From the human T2T-CHM13v2.0 reference genome, Homo sapiens, in the NCBI RefSeq assembly GCF_009914755.1, contig NC_060928.1: a stretch of 64,000 nucleotides of DNA; one strand, given 5' to 3'. Below the pieces are notes generated by a model. The model saw only the letters and a program-made list of their open reading frames with translations. It made no database searches and was not told the DNA's origin. Made by a program: the position numbers and the translations under genes. How positions within the stretch are numbered: position 1 is the stretch's first letter; each line of letters begins with the position of its first letter. Shown here piece after piece: positions 13,123 through 26,267 of the stretch.

Positions 13123-13526
13123 AGTAGTATGAGTAGTAAATATATTTCATCTTAAAGCCAGTCTCCCGTGACTTGGATATGAAGCATATCAGCTGCTTCA
13201 TCTGGGGTGTTTCACTTGGCATTGATATGTGAAGTTTGGCAATTCTCCCTCTCGGGGTAAACAGATCTTACGGTGGCATTTATCCAATCCACCAGGCTGG
13301 CTGTTCTCTCGGAAATAACCTCCTGTGTGTCTGAATTACATATACCCATCTGTGATTGTTCAACAGTGAGCTGTAGGTCCTGCATCAACCAAAACATGCA
13401 TTTCCATTCTACACCATTTAAAACCAAAGTCAGTGCTCCCAGGTTCGTTAGTCTCATAATCTGTTTTAGAAAAGCTGATGATACCAATCTACAAAATGAA
13501 ACAATTTCTTTACATTGTACCCTCTG

Positions 13527-13737
13527 TTTTTTTTCCATTTATTTATTTATTTTATTATACTTTAAGTTTTAGGGTACATGTGCACAACGTGCAGGTTAGT
13601 TACATATGTATACATGTGCCATGTTGGTGTGTTGCACCCAGTAACTCGTCATTTAACATTAGGTATATCTCCAAATGCTATCCCTCCCCCCTCCTACCAC
13701 CCCACAATAGGCCCCAGTGTGTGATGTTCCCCTTCCT
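13527..13737 (-). mobile_element. 5'-truncated young L1PA 3' end
   Basis: ttattatactttaagttttagggtacatgtgcacaacgtgcaggttagttacatatgtatacatgtgccatg. Confidence 0.95.
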
Positions 13738-16700
13738 TCCCCCACTTTGCCTACCTTCTGGAAAAGGCAGGTCTCAGAGGTACTTTCTGGTGCTCTGGCA
13801 TAATTTTTCCTTTTGTGGGTAGTCTTGAGGCTACTTATTTGAGCTCAGAAAGTTCCACATCTGAGTTGGTCCAGCCCCAACACCCAACTCAGCATTCTCT
13901 TACTTTCATTTTAGCTATTATAGATAACAAACCAAGGGATTGCATGTTTTGCTTTTTCTTTATTCGTTTGCATTTCCTTATGCATCCTGTGAACTAATTC
14001 CCTGGGAGTAGAATCTATCTCTAAATTCCATGGTAGCTTTTATCTTAAATAACTGAACGCAGCACAACTGCAACTCTACACAATAGGTGACCAGGTTTCC
14101 ACCAAGGAATCAAAAGCTAATCTAATAGAGGGCATACTATAGTTTTCTTCTGAAACATAAATTTTTCTCTCTTTAGTCAACAATTTCAACCAAAGACAAA
14201 TTGTGGTAGAACCAATTTATTTGCAATATAAGTTTCCATCTATCATACTTGGCCTGGTTATTTGCATAATGTGCCTCAAGAATTATTGTCCATATAGGAT
14301 CTTTTATATTGGGGCTTTGCTGGACTTTTTATAAGGAATCTCAGATTTGACTATTAAAGGCCTCTCAAGCCCAGGCAAGGATTTATCTCTGCCAGCAGGT
14401 GTCTGTATGAACTGGGTGAATTCCTCTCTTCTCAAGGTCCCAAAATAACTTAAGGTTCCTGGTCCTGTCAGAAAGTGACATTCTTTACTCATCACAGATC
14501 AGGAAACTTATAAAGGGACCAGTTAGACAAAATACTAGACCAGTCTTTCCAAGGAACTTTTATCGGCTCCATAAATCAACCTCAATCTCTGAAGGCATTC
14601 TGCTCATATCTGAGAATATATCATTCCAGTCAAAGCTTTGGGAAAATAACCAGTGTTTCCAAATGTGTCCTATTACAAAAGAAAACAAATTCTTATTGAA
14701 CATATGCAAATAAACATATTGCCATGAATTAAGAATATTCATAGATGATTTCCAAAATCTGGAGAAATCAGGTAGAGAAAGAAAAATATGCATTAAATTG
14801 GTTTACAAGAATATATTCAATTGTTAAAGGCTATAAATATCTAAAAATAAAGAAAAAATCTTTTATCAACCCTCAAAAATAAAACAAAACACCAATGTTT
14901 CATTATAAAAAAGCCATACAAAATTAGTTTGGTCCTTTATTAGTTCAGTCTATGCAATTAACTCTTGTCCTGCTTCACATTGGGTTAACAATCTTTCTGA
15001 ACACATCAGTCTTTTAATTAGAGTCCTGAAAGTTCTTTCTCTAGTCCAATGGCACATTTCTAGAGAGAGAAAGTTATCTCTCTAGTCTCTTTGTGCCATT
15101 GCAAAGTTATCAAACACTTGCATTCAACAGTTTTTTTCATGAATTTCCCTAAAGAAAGAAGTTTGGAACTGTAGCTAACTGTAAGCCACTTTTTTGACAA
15201 GCATCAAAGTAAAACAATAATTTTGAATGATAAAGGTCTTAGGACAGTTCTGGTTAAAGACAAGCCTTAGGTTAGCCATAATTAAAGACACAATTGATAA
15301 GGAAATTCACTTATTTTTTTGGCATACAACAATAATAATCATAAGTATTGCTGATAACATATACTTAAGACATATCAGAATTTTAGGAATCTCATACAAA
15401 TTTGGAACACATGTTCATAACATACTTACATAAATATAACCCCAAAGAAAGTTAAACACCATTTCATGTTTGAAAATGCTTCCTTTATAATTTTAACATA
15501 CCATATAAGCTTACTATGCCTCTCTTGGACTTCAGGGGATGTAATATCTAAAAAGTTATTTTAACATCCAAAAGACTAAATTTAGAACTTGAAACTTTGA
15601 TATTGGAAAGTTTGTCAAATATCAAAGGATTAAAACACTTACTATCACAAAATAGGATTATAGGTCATTATAAAATAGTCATTCACTTAGCCAAAATGAT
15701 AATTCCAAGATTTTTTTAAAAGCAAAAACCTTTATTCTTTGATAGAGACTCAGTTTCCCAAACAATAAGACCTTATAAAGACAGCATGTGCCTAACTAAA
15801 TCTCTCTCCCTCCCCTCCTTTATGCCCCTGAAGTTTACTCAAAAGGTAAACAATAATCTTTATATCTCTTATTAATGTTACATGAAAATTTTGTTCAAAA
15901 GGTAAAACCAGAATTTACCTTTGCATAGTATATTGTTAATGTTCAAGCCTATAAAACCTTATAAGTAAATCTAATTTTAATATTTGACCATAATGTAAGA
16001 TTTCCTTTTATGACCTTTTACTATTTTCTATTAAAGAAAAGATCAGCGCACCCAGACACTGGTCTCGCATCACTGTGCCTTTGATATTAATGTTTAATTT
16101 ATAGAAAAACTCTGAACCATTCTTATCCCTCAAAACAGGCCTTTACAATCTCATGCACCACCTCTTCTGCAATAGTCCTTGGGCCTAGAGGGATTGAGAA
16201 GTTTTAATTTCTGACCCTGTGTTTTAGCAAAGCAGTTCATTTCGATTGCTGCTATCTCCAAGGTCTGAAAAAGAGGTGTTGACTAATGTCAACATTCAAG
16301 ACTTGGCAGGAGTCAATGCTTTCTTCAGATCCGGGAGTCAAAGCCCTGTGATGTAACAGCACAAGGACTTTAAAAGCAATATAGAAAGTCACATGGATGT
16401 AAAAACCTTTGAAATCTCAGTTTTCCTAAGCAATCAGAAACCTAATAATCATGACCTAATAATGATGACACAAGAATTATTATGATAAAATGTAAAATAT
16501 CTTCCTTAGGCTAGTTACCAAAAGGCAAAGAAAGGCCCTCTGTTGTGTGATTGTTTCTCCTTAAGGGAAGACCATTTAGATAATCTGAAAGTCAATCCCG
16601 ATGAATAATTTAGACATATCAAGAAAAGTCAACAGTACAGAATCAAGTTACCTGAGGGAAAGCACTGCTTTCCTAGACCATATATGAGGGTTGAATTTGG

Positions 16701-17089
16701 CCCATGGGTTTCCATTTTGAAGCTCTGGCTTGCAAATTAGGTACTAATAATTGGAATAAGACTGTTTAGAGAGGAAAGCTACCTGGAAAAGACATTTTGG
16801 CAACACTCAATATCAGTCCCACATAAATTGATGGATGAGAGGGAAAATTATCCTACTTTGAGAGATGATAATGTAAAGGCACAAAAATGAATGAAATTCA
16901 TTATCTGAAAGAGTCTCTAAGAAGAATTACCTTCCTTCAGGGGAGAATACTGTGAAATAATGCTGGTGAAAGAAGCTTGCTATGTGGAAAGAAAAATGAA
17001 TGGTAATCAAGGAATGATGAGACATTCTTGGTATCTGGGATGGCAGTTTAACTATATGAATAAAAGTACATAAATGTTCTACTTCTAGA

Positions 17090-17320
17090 GAAACTTACTA
17101 GAAAATAGAGATGAAATGAAATAATGTCTAAAATTTGTTTAAAATAACCATGAGTGAGAGGCAAGAGTAAGACAATATTACTTATGTATTGATAATTACT
17201 AAAGGTAACTGAAGGGTACACAGAAATTCATTGCACTATATAATTTTATATGTTGTATATGTTTGAACATTTATATAATAAAAGTTTATATATCATGTTT
17301 TTATATAATAAAAGGTTTAG
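17090..17320 (+). mobile_element. Ancient L1M 3' end fragment
   Basis: gggtacacagaaattcattgcacta...tgtatatgtttgaacatttatataataaaa. Confidence 0.6.
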
Positions 17321-17664
17321 AATTAAAATAGACTAACACATAGAATATTGGTGAAAATGAAAAGTAAAAATCAAATGTAAGGAATACTATCAAATATACA
17401 GCAATAACTGGAAAGCTATATTAAATAATACAAGAAATAAAGAGAAACAACTGAACTTGAGCCTCAGTTTAAAAAGCAAGGCCACATATTTTACAATGGT
17501 TCCATGTCTATTTAAGACAAGAAGAAGCCGATGAACTAAAATTATTTTCAGTCTACCACTGTGACTTTAAGTAACATTACAAAAAATTCAAGTGGAAATA
17601 GACTCCCATACTAAATTTGGTGTATCTCCGGGCAGGCATCATTGTCCATATGGATAAAAGGCAA

Positions 17665-17971
17665 TGAAACCACCCCCACTGTTTCATAGAACTGATGTTT
17701 ACAGTTTTTAACTTATATTTGTCTTATCTGAGTTCCTTCCTTAGGAAATTGACCCTCAGGCAAGAAACCGAAACTCACCAAACTACTGCACCCCAACAAT
17801 GGGATACCAAAGCCCTCATCCAACATAATTGCTTCCTTACTCCTCCCAAATTCCAGTTTCCTTACATGGAGCTACATTCCTCCTCCACTGTGTAAACCCC
17901 AAATTTTAGTTGGTTGAGAGAGACAACAGTAAGCAGCAGGATGTAGGCTGAGTCCCAGGCATTTTGGTAAT
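17665..17971 (+). mobile_element. LOR1-type solo LTR with internal deletions
   Basis: tgaaaccaccccc...catagaactgatgttta...tttgtcttatctgagttcc...ggtaata; homologous to 11661-12460 in the opposite orientation. Confidence 0.75.
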
Positions 17972-18728
17972 AAGAATACAAAATAAACCAAAAATGCATC
18001 CCTAGCACCAGCTCAGTGTCTTCTACACAATAGAAATGATGCTTCAACCTTTGACAAGCTCTCTACATATGGGCTTTTTTTTGTTTTAGCTTCTATAATT
18101 GCCTTTGCTATGACAAAAGGAATTTGCAAACACAATATGACAACATTTTATATCTGGCATTGAATAAAACATTTATTTGAACTTAGAAAATGATTCAATT
18201 ACCCTAGGCTGTTGAACTAATCTCATACAATGTAATTTGGTTTTAAGGAAAAAACTTATTCTACTGGAGGTCTAATAAACTCTAAAAACCATACAGTCCA
18301 CAATATATTTGTTACTCAGCTTATTCTTTAGTTTTCTCTTTAATAAAATTAAATTATGTAAGACCCTAAAGAATAACTCTAAGCAAAAGAATTATCTTTA
18401 AGATTTGTCAAATATATTCCTTGGAAATTGTTTCTTAAAAAACAGAATAATCTCTTAAGGCAACACATTGATATTGTTATTTGAATATAATTACTTTAAT
18501 CATGAAATTTTACGGGAATTTGTTAGGAATTGTTGAAAAGAGAGCTCAAGAACTCCTTTTTATTTTGTAGACCTAAGTATTTTATGGCCTTATTTGTGAG
18601 GAATTTGTACAGAGGTCTCGTTCTATAAGCTATACAAACAAATATTGTAAACCAGCAAGTAAATGCTGTCTCTCTGGCATTTGTAATTTAAATCTTAAGA
18701 ATTTTTGTAAAGTTGCTTTTAGAAAGTT

Positions 18729-19010
18729 GGCCGGGCCGGGTGGCTCATGCCTGTAATCCCAGCGCTTTGGAAGGCTGAGGCGGGTGGATCACCTTAGTGA
18801 GGTCAGGAGTTTAAGAGCAGCCTGGCCATTACACTAAAACGCCATCTCCACTAAAATAATACAAAAATTAGCTAGCTGTGGTGGCACGCATGTGTAATCC
18901 CAGCTACTCAAGAGGCTGAGGCATTGAACCCAGGAGGTGAAGTTTGCAGCAGTGAGCCAAGATCGCGCCACTGCACTCCAGTCTGGGCGACAGAGCGAAA
19001 AAAAAAAAAA
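18729..19010 (+). mobile_element. AluS-type element
   Basis: ggccgggccgggtggctcatgcctgtaatccc through A tail. Confidence 0.96.
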
Positions 19011-19019
19011 ATTATGCCA

Positions 19020-22000
19020 GGATTGGGGGGAAAATGGTGGGTAGGAGGCAAAAATAACTTGCAGCTCTCACTCAGACAGAGCAGTGTGTGGAGACCCACA
19101 TTATGAACTTTTGCTCCAAGAACTACCACAGGAACATACCAGAAAAAGTAAGAGAGTCCACAGACCCTTTTGAAGGAGGTGGATTGCTGCTACTGGTTCT
19201 GTGGGACAGCAGAACAGCAGGGGAACTCCTAAGACAAAGGACATAATCCCTTGGGAGCTCTATGGCCCTGCCCACCGCCTGAGAAACCTTAATACTTATC
19301 CAAAGGTGACCCTAGGGCAAATTTGTATCCTCCCTAAACAACCGCAGCTGAGGTGCTCTTGAAAGCGCCACCTCCTGGCTAGAGGCCAGTCAACACAAAA
19401 GCAGTGCACTTAACAAACATTCAGCCAAGGACCCACACAGAGTCCACCCCCTCCTACCTCCACAGAGCAGGTGCTGGTATCCATGGGCTGAGAGACCTAA
19501 AGATGGATCACATCACATACTCTTTGCATATACTCCCCAGTACCAGCCTGGAGCCCAGTAGTTCTGCTGGGCGGCTAGTTCCAGAAGAGAAATAACAATC
19601 ACTGCAGCTTGGCTCTCAGGAAGCCCCATCCCTAGTGGAAAGGGGAAAACACCATATCAAGGGATCACTCTGTTGGACAAAAGAATCTAAATAGCAGCCC
19701 TTGAGTCCCAAATTGTCCTTCCAACATAATCTACCCAAATGAGAAGGGCTCAGAAAAACAATTCTGGTAATACGGCAAAACACGGTTCTTTAACACCCCC
19801 AAAAGATCACACTATTTTACCAAAAATGGATCCAAACCAAGACAAAAATCTCGAATTGCCAGGAAAAGAATTCATGACAGCTGTAAAGCTAATCAAGGGA
19901 CACCAGAGAAAGGTGAAGTCCAACTTAAATAAATAAATAAATAAATAAATAAAAAATACAGGATATAGATAGAAAAATCTCCAGTGAAATAGATTGCATA
20001 AATTAAAAAAACCTACAACTTCTGGAAATGAAGGACACACTTAGAGAATTGCAAAATGCACTGGAAATTCTCAGCAGTAGAATCAAACAACAGAAGAAAG
20101 AATGTCAGAGTTTAAAGACAAGGGTGTTGAATTAATTCAATCTGAAAAAAGACAAAAGAGAATTTTAAAAAAATGAACAAAGAATTAAATTAAAACAAAG
20201 ATAATTAAATTAGAGAACAAATAGAATTACATTTTTAAAAAATGAACAAAAGAGAATTAAAAAAAATGTACAAAGTCTCCAAAAAATTTGCAATTATGTT
20301 AAATGACCAAACCTAAGAATAGTTGGTGTGCCCAAGAAAGAAGAGAGATATAAAAATTTGGAAAACATATTTGAGGAAATATTGAAGGAAAACTTCCCTG
20401 GCCTTGGTAGAGATCTAGACATCCAAATATAAGAAGCTCAAAGAACAACTGGGAAATTCATCACAAAAAGATCACCTAGGCACATAGTCATCAGGTTATC
20501 TAAAGTCAAGACGAAGGAAGAAATCTTAAGGGCTGAAGGCAAAAGCATCAGATAACCTATAAAGGAAAAGCTATCAGTTTAACAGCATATTTCTCAGTAG
20601 AAACCCTACAAGTGAGAAGGGATTGGGGGCCTATCTTTAGCCTCCTTAAACAAAACAATTATTAGCCAAGAATTTCATATCCAGTGAAACTACATTTCAT
20701 CAATGAAGGAAAAATACAGTCTCTCTCAGACACACACACAAAAAATGCTGAGAGTATTCACCACTACCAAGCCAGGACTATAATAACTAAAAGGATGTCT
20801 AAATCTTGAAACAAATCTTCAAAATACACCAAAATACTAATAGAATCTCTTTAAAGCATACATTTCACAGGACCTATAAAACAACAACACAATGAAAAAA
20901 ACCCAAGGTATTCAGGCAACAAATAACATGATGAAAAGAATAGTACTTCACGTCTCAATACTAACATTGAATGTAAATGGCCTACATGCTCCAGGTAAAA
21001 GATACAAAATGGCAGAATGGGTAAGAATTCACCAACCAAGTATCTGCTGTCCTCAAGAGACTGACTTGATGCATAAGGACTCACATAAACTTTAGGTAAA
21101 GGAGTGGAAAAAGATATCCCATGCAAATGGACACCAAAAGCGAGCAGGAGTAGCTATTCCTATCTCAGAACAAATGAACTTTAAAGTAACAGCAGTTAAA
21201 AAAGACAAAGAGGGACTTTATATAATGATATAATGATATTTACCCAACAGGAAAATATCAGAATCCTAAATATATATGTACCTAACACTAGAGTTCCCAA
21301 ATTTATAAAACAATTACTAATAGACCTAAGAAATGAGATAGACAGCAATATAGTAATAGTGGGGGACTTCAATACTCCACTGACAGCACCAGACGGGTCA
21401 TCAAGACAGAAAGTCAACAAAGAAACAACGGACCTGAACTATACCCCAGAACAAATGGACTTAACAGATACTTATAGAACATTATACTCAACAACTACAG
21501 AATATACATCCTATTCATCAGCACATGGAACATTCTCCAAGATAGAACATATGATAGGCCACAAAACAAGTCTCAACAAATTTAAGAAAATCAAAATTAT
21601 AGCAAGTGCTCTCTTAGACCACAGTGGAATAAAATTGGAAATCAACTCCAAAAGGAAATCTCAAAACCATACAAATACATGGAAATTAAATAACTTGCTC
21701 CTAAATGATTGTTAGGTCAACAATAAAATCAAGATGGGAGATTAAAAAATTCTTCGAACTGAACAATAAGAGTGACACACCTATCAAAACCTCTGGGATA
21801 CAGCAAAAGTGGTGCTAAGAGGAAAGTTCACAGCATTAAATGCCTACATCAAAAAGTCTAAAAGGTGCACAAACAGACAATCTAAGGTCACACTTCAAGG
21901 AGCTAGAGAAACAAGAACAAGCCAAACCCAAACCCAGCAGAAGAAAAGAACCAACATCAGAGCAGAACTAAATGAAATTGAAACAGAAAAAATACAAAAA

Positions 22001-24337
22001 ATAAATGAACAAAAAGCTGGGTCTCTTAAAAGATGAATAAAATTGATAGACCATTAGTGAGATTAACCAAGAAAAGAAGAGAGAAGATCCAAATAAGCTC
22101 AATTAGAAATGAAAAGGGAGATACTACAATCAATACCACAGAAATACAAAAGATCATTCAAGGATACTATGAACACCTTTATGTGTATAAACTAGAAAAC
22201 CCAGAGGAGATGAATAAATTCCAGAAAACATACAACCCTCCCAGATTAAACCAGGAAGAAATAGAAACTCTGAGTAGACTAATAATAAGCAGCGAGATTG
22301 AAATGGTAACTACATAGTTACCGACAACAAAAAAGTCCAGGACCAGATGGATTCACATATGAATTCCATCAGATATTCAAAGAAGAATTGAACCAATCCT
22401 ACTGGCACTTTTCCAAAAGATAGAGAGAGAGGGAATCTTCCCTAAATCATTCTACGAAGCCAGTGTCACCCTAGTACCAAAACCAGGAAAGGACATAAGA
22501 AAAATAAAACTACAGACCAATATCCCTGATGAGCATAGATGCAAAAATCTTCAACAAAATACTAGCTAACCAAATCCAACAGCATATCAAAAAGATAATC
22601 CACCGTGATCAAGTGGGTTTCATACCAGGGATGCAGGGATGGTTTAACATATGCATGTCAATAAATATGATACACCACATAAACAGACTTAAAAACAAAA
22701 ATTACACGATCATCTCAATAGCTGCAGAAAAAGCACTTGACAAAAGCCAGCATTGCTTTATGATTAAAACCTTCAGCAAAATCAGCATAGAAGGGACATA
22801 CTTTGTGGTAATAAAAACCATCTCTGACAAACCCACAGCCAACATTATACTGAACGGGAAAAGGTTGAAAGTATTCCCCCTGAGAACTGGAGCAAGTAAG
22901 AGATGCCCACTTTCATGACTTCTATTCAACGTAGTATTGGAAGTCCTAGCCAGAGCAATCAGGCAAGAGAAAAAAATAAAAGGCATCTAAATTGGTAAAG
23001 AGGAAGTCAAACTATCACTGTTTGCTGATGATATGATCATATACCTAGAAAACCCTTAAAGACTCATCAAAAAAATCTCCTAGAACTAGTAAATGAATTC
23101 AGCAAAGTTTCAGGATACAAAATGAATGCACAAAAATCAGTAGCCCTGCTATACACCAACAGCAACAAAGATGAGAATAAAATCGAGAACTCAACCCCTT
23201 TTACAAATACTGCAAGAATAAATAAAATAAAATAAAATATTTAGGACTATATTTAACCAAGGAGGTGAAAGACCTCTACAAGGAAAACTACAAAACGCTG
23301 CTGAAAAAAATCATAGATGACACAATACTGCCAAAAGCAATCAGACAAATTCAATGCAATTTCCACCAAAATACCACCATCATTCTTCACAGAACTAGAA
23401 AAAGCAATTTTAAAATTCATATGGAACCAAAAAAGAGGCTGCATGCCCAAAGCAAGGCTAAGCAAAAAGGACAAACTGGAGGCATTACATTACCCGACTT
23501 CAAACTATACTATAAGGCCACAGTCACCAAAACAGAATGATACTGGTATAAAAATAGGCATATAGAACAATGGAACATAATAGGGAACCCAGAAATAAAG
23601 CCAAATACTAACAGTCAACTGATCTTTGACATAGCAAACAAAAACATAAAGTGGGGAAAGGACACCTTATTCAACAAATGGTACTGGGATAATTGGTAAG
23701 CCACATGTAGAAGAATGAAACTGGATCCTCATCTCTCACCTTATACAAAAATCAACTCAAGATGGATCAAAGACTTAAATCTAAAGCCAGAAACCATAAA
23801 AATTCTGGAAGATAACATTGGAAAAACCCTTGTAGACATTGGCTTAGGCAATGACTTCATGACCAAGAACCCCAAAGCAAACACAACAAAAACAAAGATA
23901 AATAGATAGAACTTAATTAAACTAAAACGCTTCTACACAGCAAAAGAAATAATCAGTGGTGCAAACAGGTAACACACAGAGTGTTTGAAAATCCTCATAA
24001 TCTACACATCTGACAAAGGGCTAATATCCACAATCTACAAGGAACTCAAACAAACCAGCAAGAAAAAAATCCATCAAAAAGTGGACAAAGGATGTGAATA
24101 GACAATTCTCAAAAGAAGATATACAAATAGCCAACAAACATATGCAAAAATGATCCACATCACTGATGATCGGGGAAATGCAAATCAAAACCACAATGAG
24201 ATACCATCTTACTTCCACAAGAATGGCCATAATAAAAAAAATAAAAAAATAATAGATGTTGTGGTGAATGTGGTGAAAATGGAACACTTTTACACTGTTG
24301 GTAGGAATGTAAACTAGTACAACCACTTTGGAAAATA
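19020..24337 (+). mobile_element. Near full-length L1PB-type LINE-1 (5' UTR, ORF1, ORF2), 3' UTR missing, disabled
   Basis: ORF1 remnant from 19739; endonuclease 20930-21715 (LTLNVNGL, VGDFNTPL, DHSGIKL); RT 22529-23040 ([15 protein letters not shown], tttgctgatgat = FADD). Confidence 0.93.
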
Positions 24338-26037
24338 CTGACTTTTGTAATTTCATTAAAACTTGAGAAAAGGTTGACAATCAAGTGATAAAGTTGGAAG
24401 TAAAATTTCTAGATAAACACTTTGCTTCTAAATATGTTGGTAATGTTATATGGAACATAAAGGAATTCATAAATAAAATAAAAGGAGCTGGTCACTGTTC
24501 ACATTGGTTTTACTTTAATGTTTGTCCTCTTTCAAAGTTAAATAGTTGCATAGCCCTGGGAAATCATGCTATCAACTAAAGGCAAACTTCATACCAGAAG
24601 ATTGCTTAAGTCTTACTAAGATAAAGGAATGGTCCAATGCTTATGTCTGAAATGTCCATTATTAATTATACTTCTAACAACCATGTCTGACTTACAATAG
24701 CTACCACCTTTATCACTTACATAATTTATTTCTGTGTTATGCTATTTTTTACATTTAAAAGATAAAAAGAATTTGGTAATAAGGTTTAGTTACTAAAATT
24801 GGTGACTAAAAAATAAAGTTTAGAAAAGTTTCCTGTTTTGTCATCTGATAAGAGAGCAGAGGAAATACATCATATTAATATTAGATTGTGAGAGTAAAAA
24901 ATATGCAATTACTTTATGTAAGGATAAAAATTCCCCATAAGAATTGGTATCTCTGCCAGATATGATGAGAGACTTGTACCAAATACGATGTATATTCTAA
25001 TAGAAAGCCAAGTTTCGTGAACTATGTATCGCACATAATTACATGAGATTTCTTTAAAGGATTTCTTTAGACTTTCACAGATATAGTAGATAAAATATTT
25101 AACTGTATAATTTTCTGCGTTCAGAGTGATGAAAGTCATTTAACTCCCCAAAAAGTTATGCATTTGAAGCAATATTCTGCAGTACTAATGAATCTTACAC
25201 TCATCACCCCTGTGTTCCTTCACTCTTCTCTAGTTTCCGTCTTGAGCTTTCATAAAAGGAAAGATTGACAAAAAATTATTTGATCGCTTCCAGCTTTAAT
25301 ACCTTATAATTTTGCATTCTAACTGTCCAGAGATATTGAATCCTCTATAATATACAATAATATGAACTTACATATATTTTTGATGTTACTCTGCTTAAAT
25401 TATCAAAGTTAAGCTCACATCTGAGTAATGTATATCAAATTCATGACTAAACAGGCAACTTAGAGTTATCAGAACCAATTTTATCAGAGCCCAAACTATT
25501 TGAGTATTTTGCAGAAAATTAGCTTCAATTTTAATTGTTTCTAATAGATATGAATATTAGAATAAAAATATTTTAGAGGAACTATCAAGAAATAAATGTC
25601 TTATCCTATACATAAGAAAGCAATTATTCCCAAAATATAATTAAGCCTGAATTATTGAAATGGATATTATATAGGCATATTTCCAATTTGGCAGTGATTA
25701 GATTAAAAATTATGATATAGTTATCTAAGTATTAATTTATATGGCATTTAGATTCTCATTCTCTTGAAGCATTCCACTATAGTAACTTAACAGAGTCAAA
25801 TGTAGTATTTTATAGGAAACAAGGCAATGAGCAGTATCTATCAATTAAGTTTACTTCTGGGATATTTTCCTCAAAAAAATGAAAGTATGCATTTTAAATA
25901 TTATTTGTATAAAATACTATTAATATTATAGTCATATTGTTAAACTATGAGTAAATATACATGGTTTCTGTGAAAAAATATAAAACCTTTGAATGGTTAA
26001 CTATAAAATACTAACATTTTAAAATAAGAACCATACA

Positions 26038-26267
26038 GGCTGGGCACAGTGGCTCAGGCCTCTAGTCCCAGCACCTTGGGAGGCTGAGGCGGGCAGATCA
26101 CGAGGTCAGGAGATAGAGACCATCCTAACAAACACGATGAAACCGCGTCTCCACTAAAAATACAAAAAATTAGCCGGGCGTGGTGGCGGGGGCCTGTAGT
26201 CCCAGCTACTCAGGAGGCTGAGGCAGGAGAATGGTATGAACCTGGGAGGCGGAGCTTGCAGTAAGCC
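26038..26267 (+). mobile_element. AluY lacking its 3' end and tail
   Basis: AluY-type positions (gatcacgaggtcaggagat, gagaatgg, gagcttgcagt); ends at gtaagcc. Confidence 0.92.

Larger units (their letters stand above)
12461..16670 (-). mobile_element. ERV internal region (LOR1-int/MER4-group), no 5' LTR
   Basis: Continuous with the LTR; MER4-group internal motifs (gaaagtgacattctttactc, aaaacaaattcttattgaa); gag-like frame at 13150-13520. Confidence 0.75.

Noticed and set aside
20155-20275. Repeated aaaaaatgaacaaaaga blocks in L1 ORF1
   Set aside because: Slippage duplication in A-rich L1 sequence; unremarkable.
21233-22918. Endonuclease and RT ORFs
   Set aside because: Fragments of a disabled L1 ORF2, not a gene or active element.
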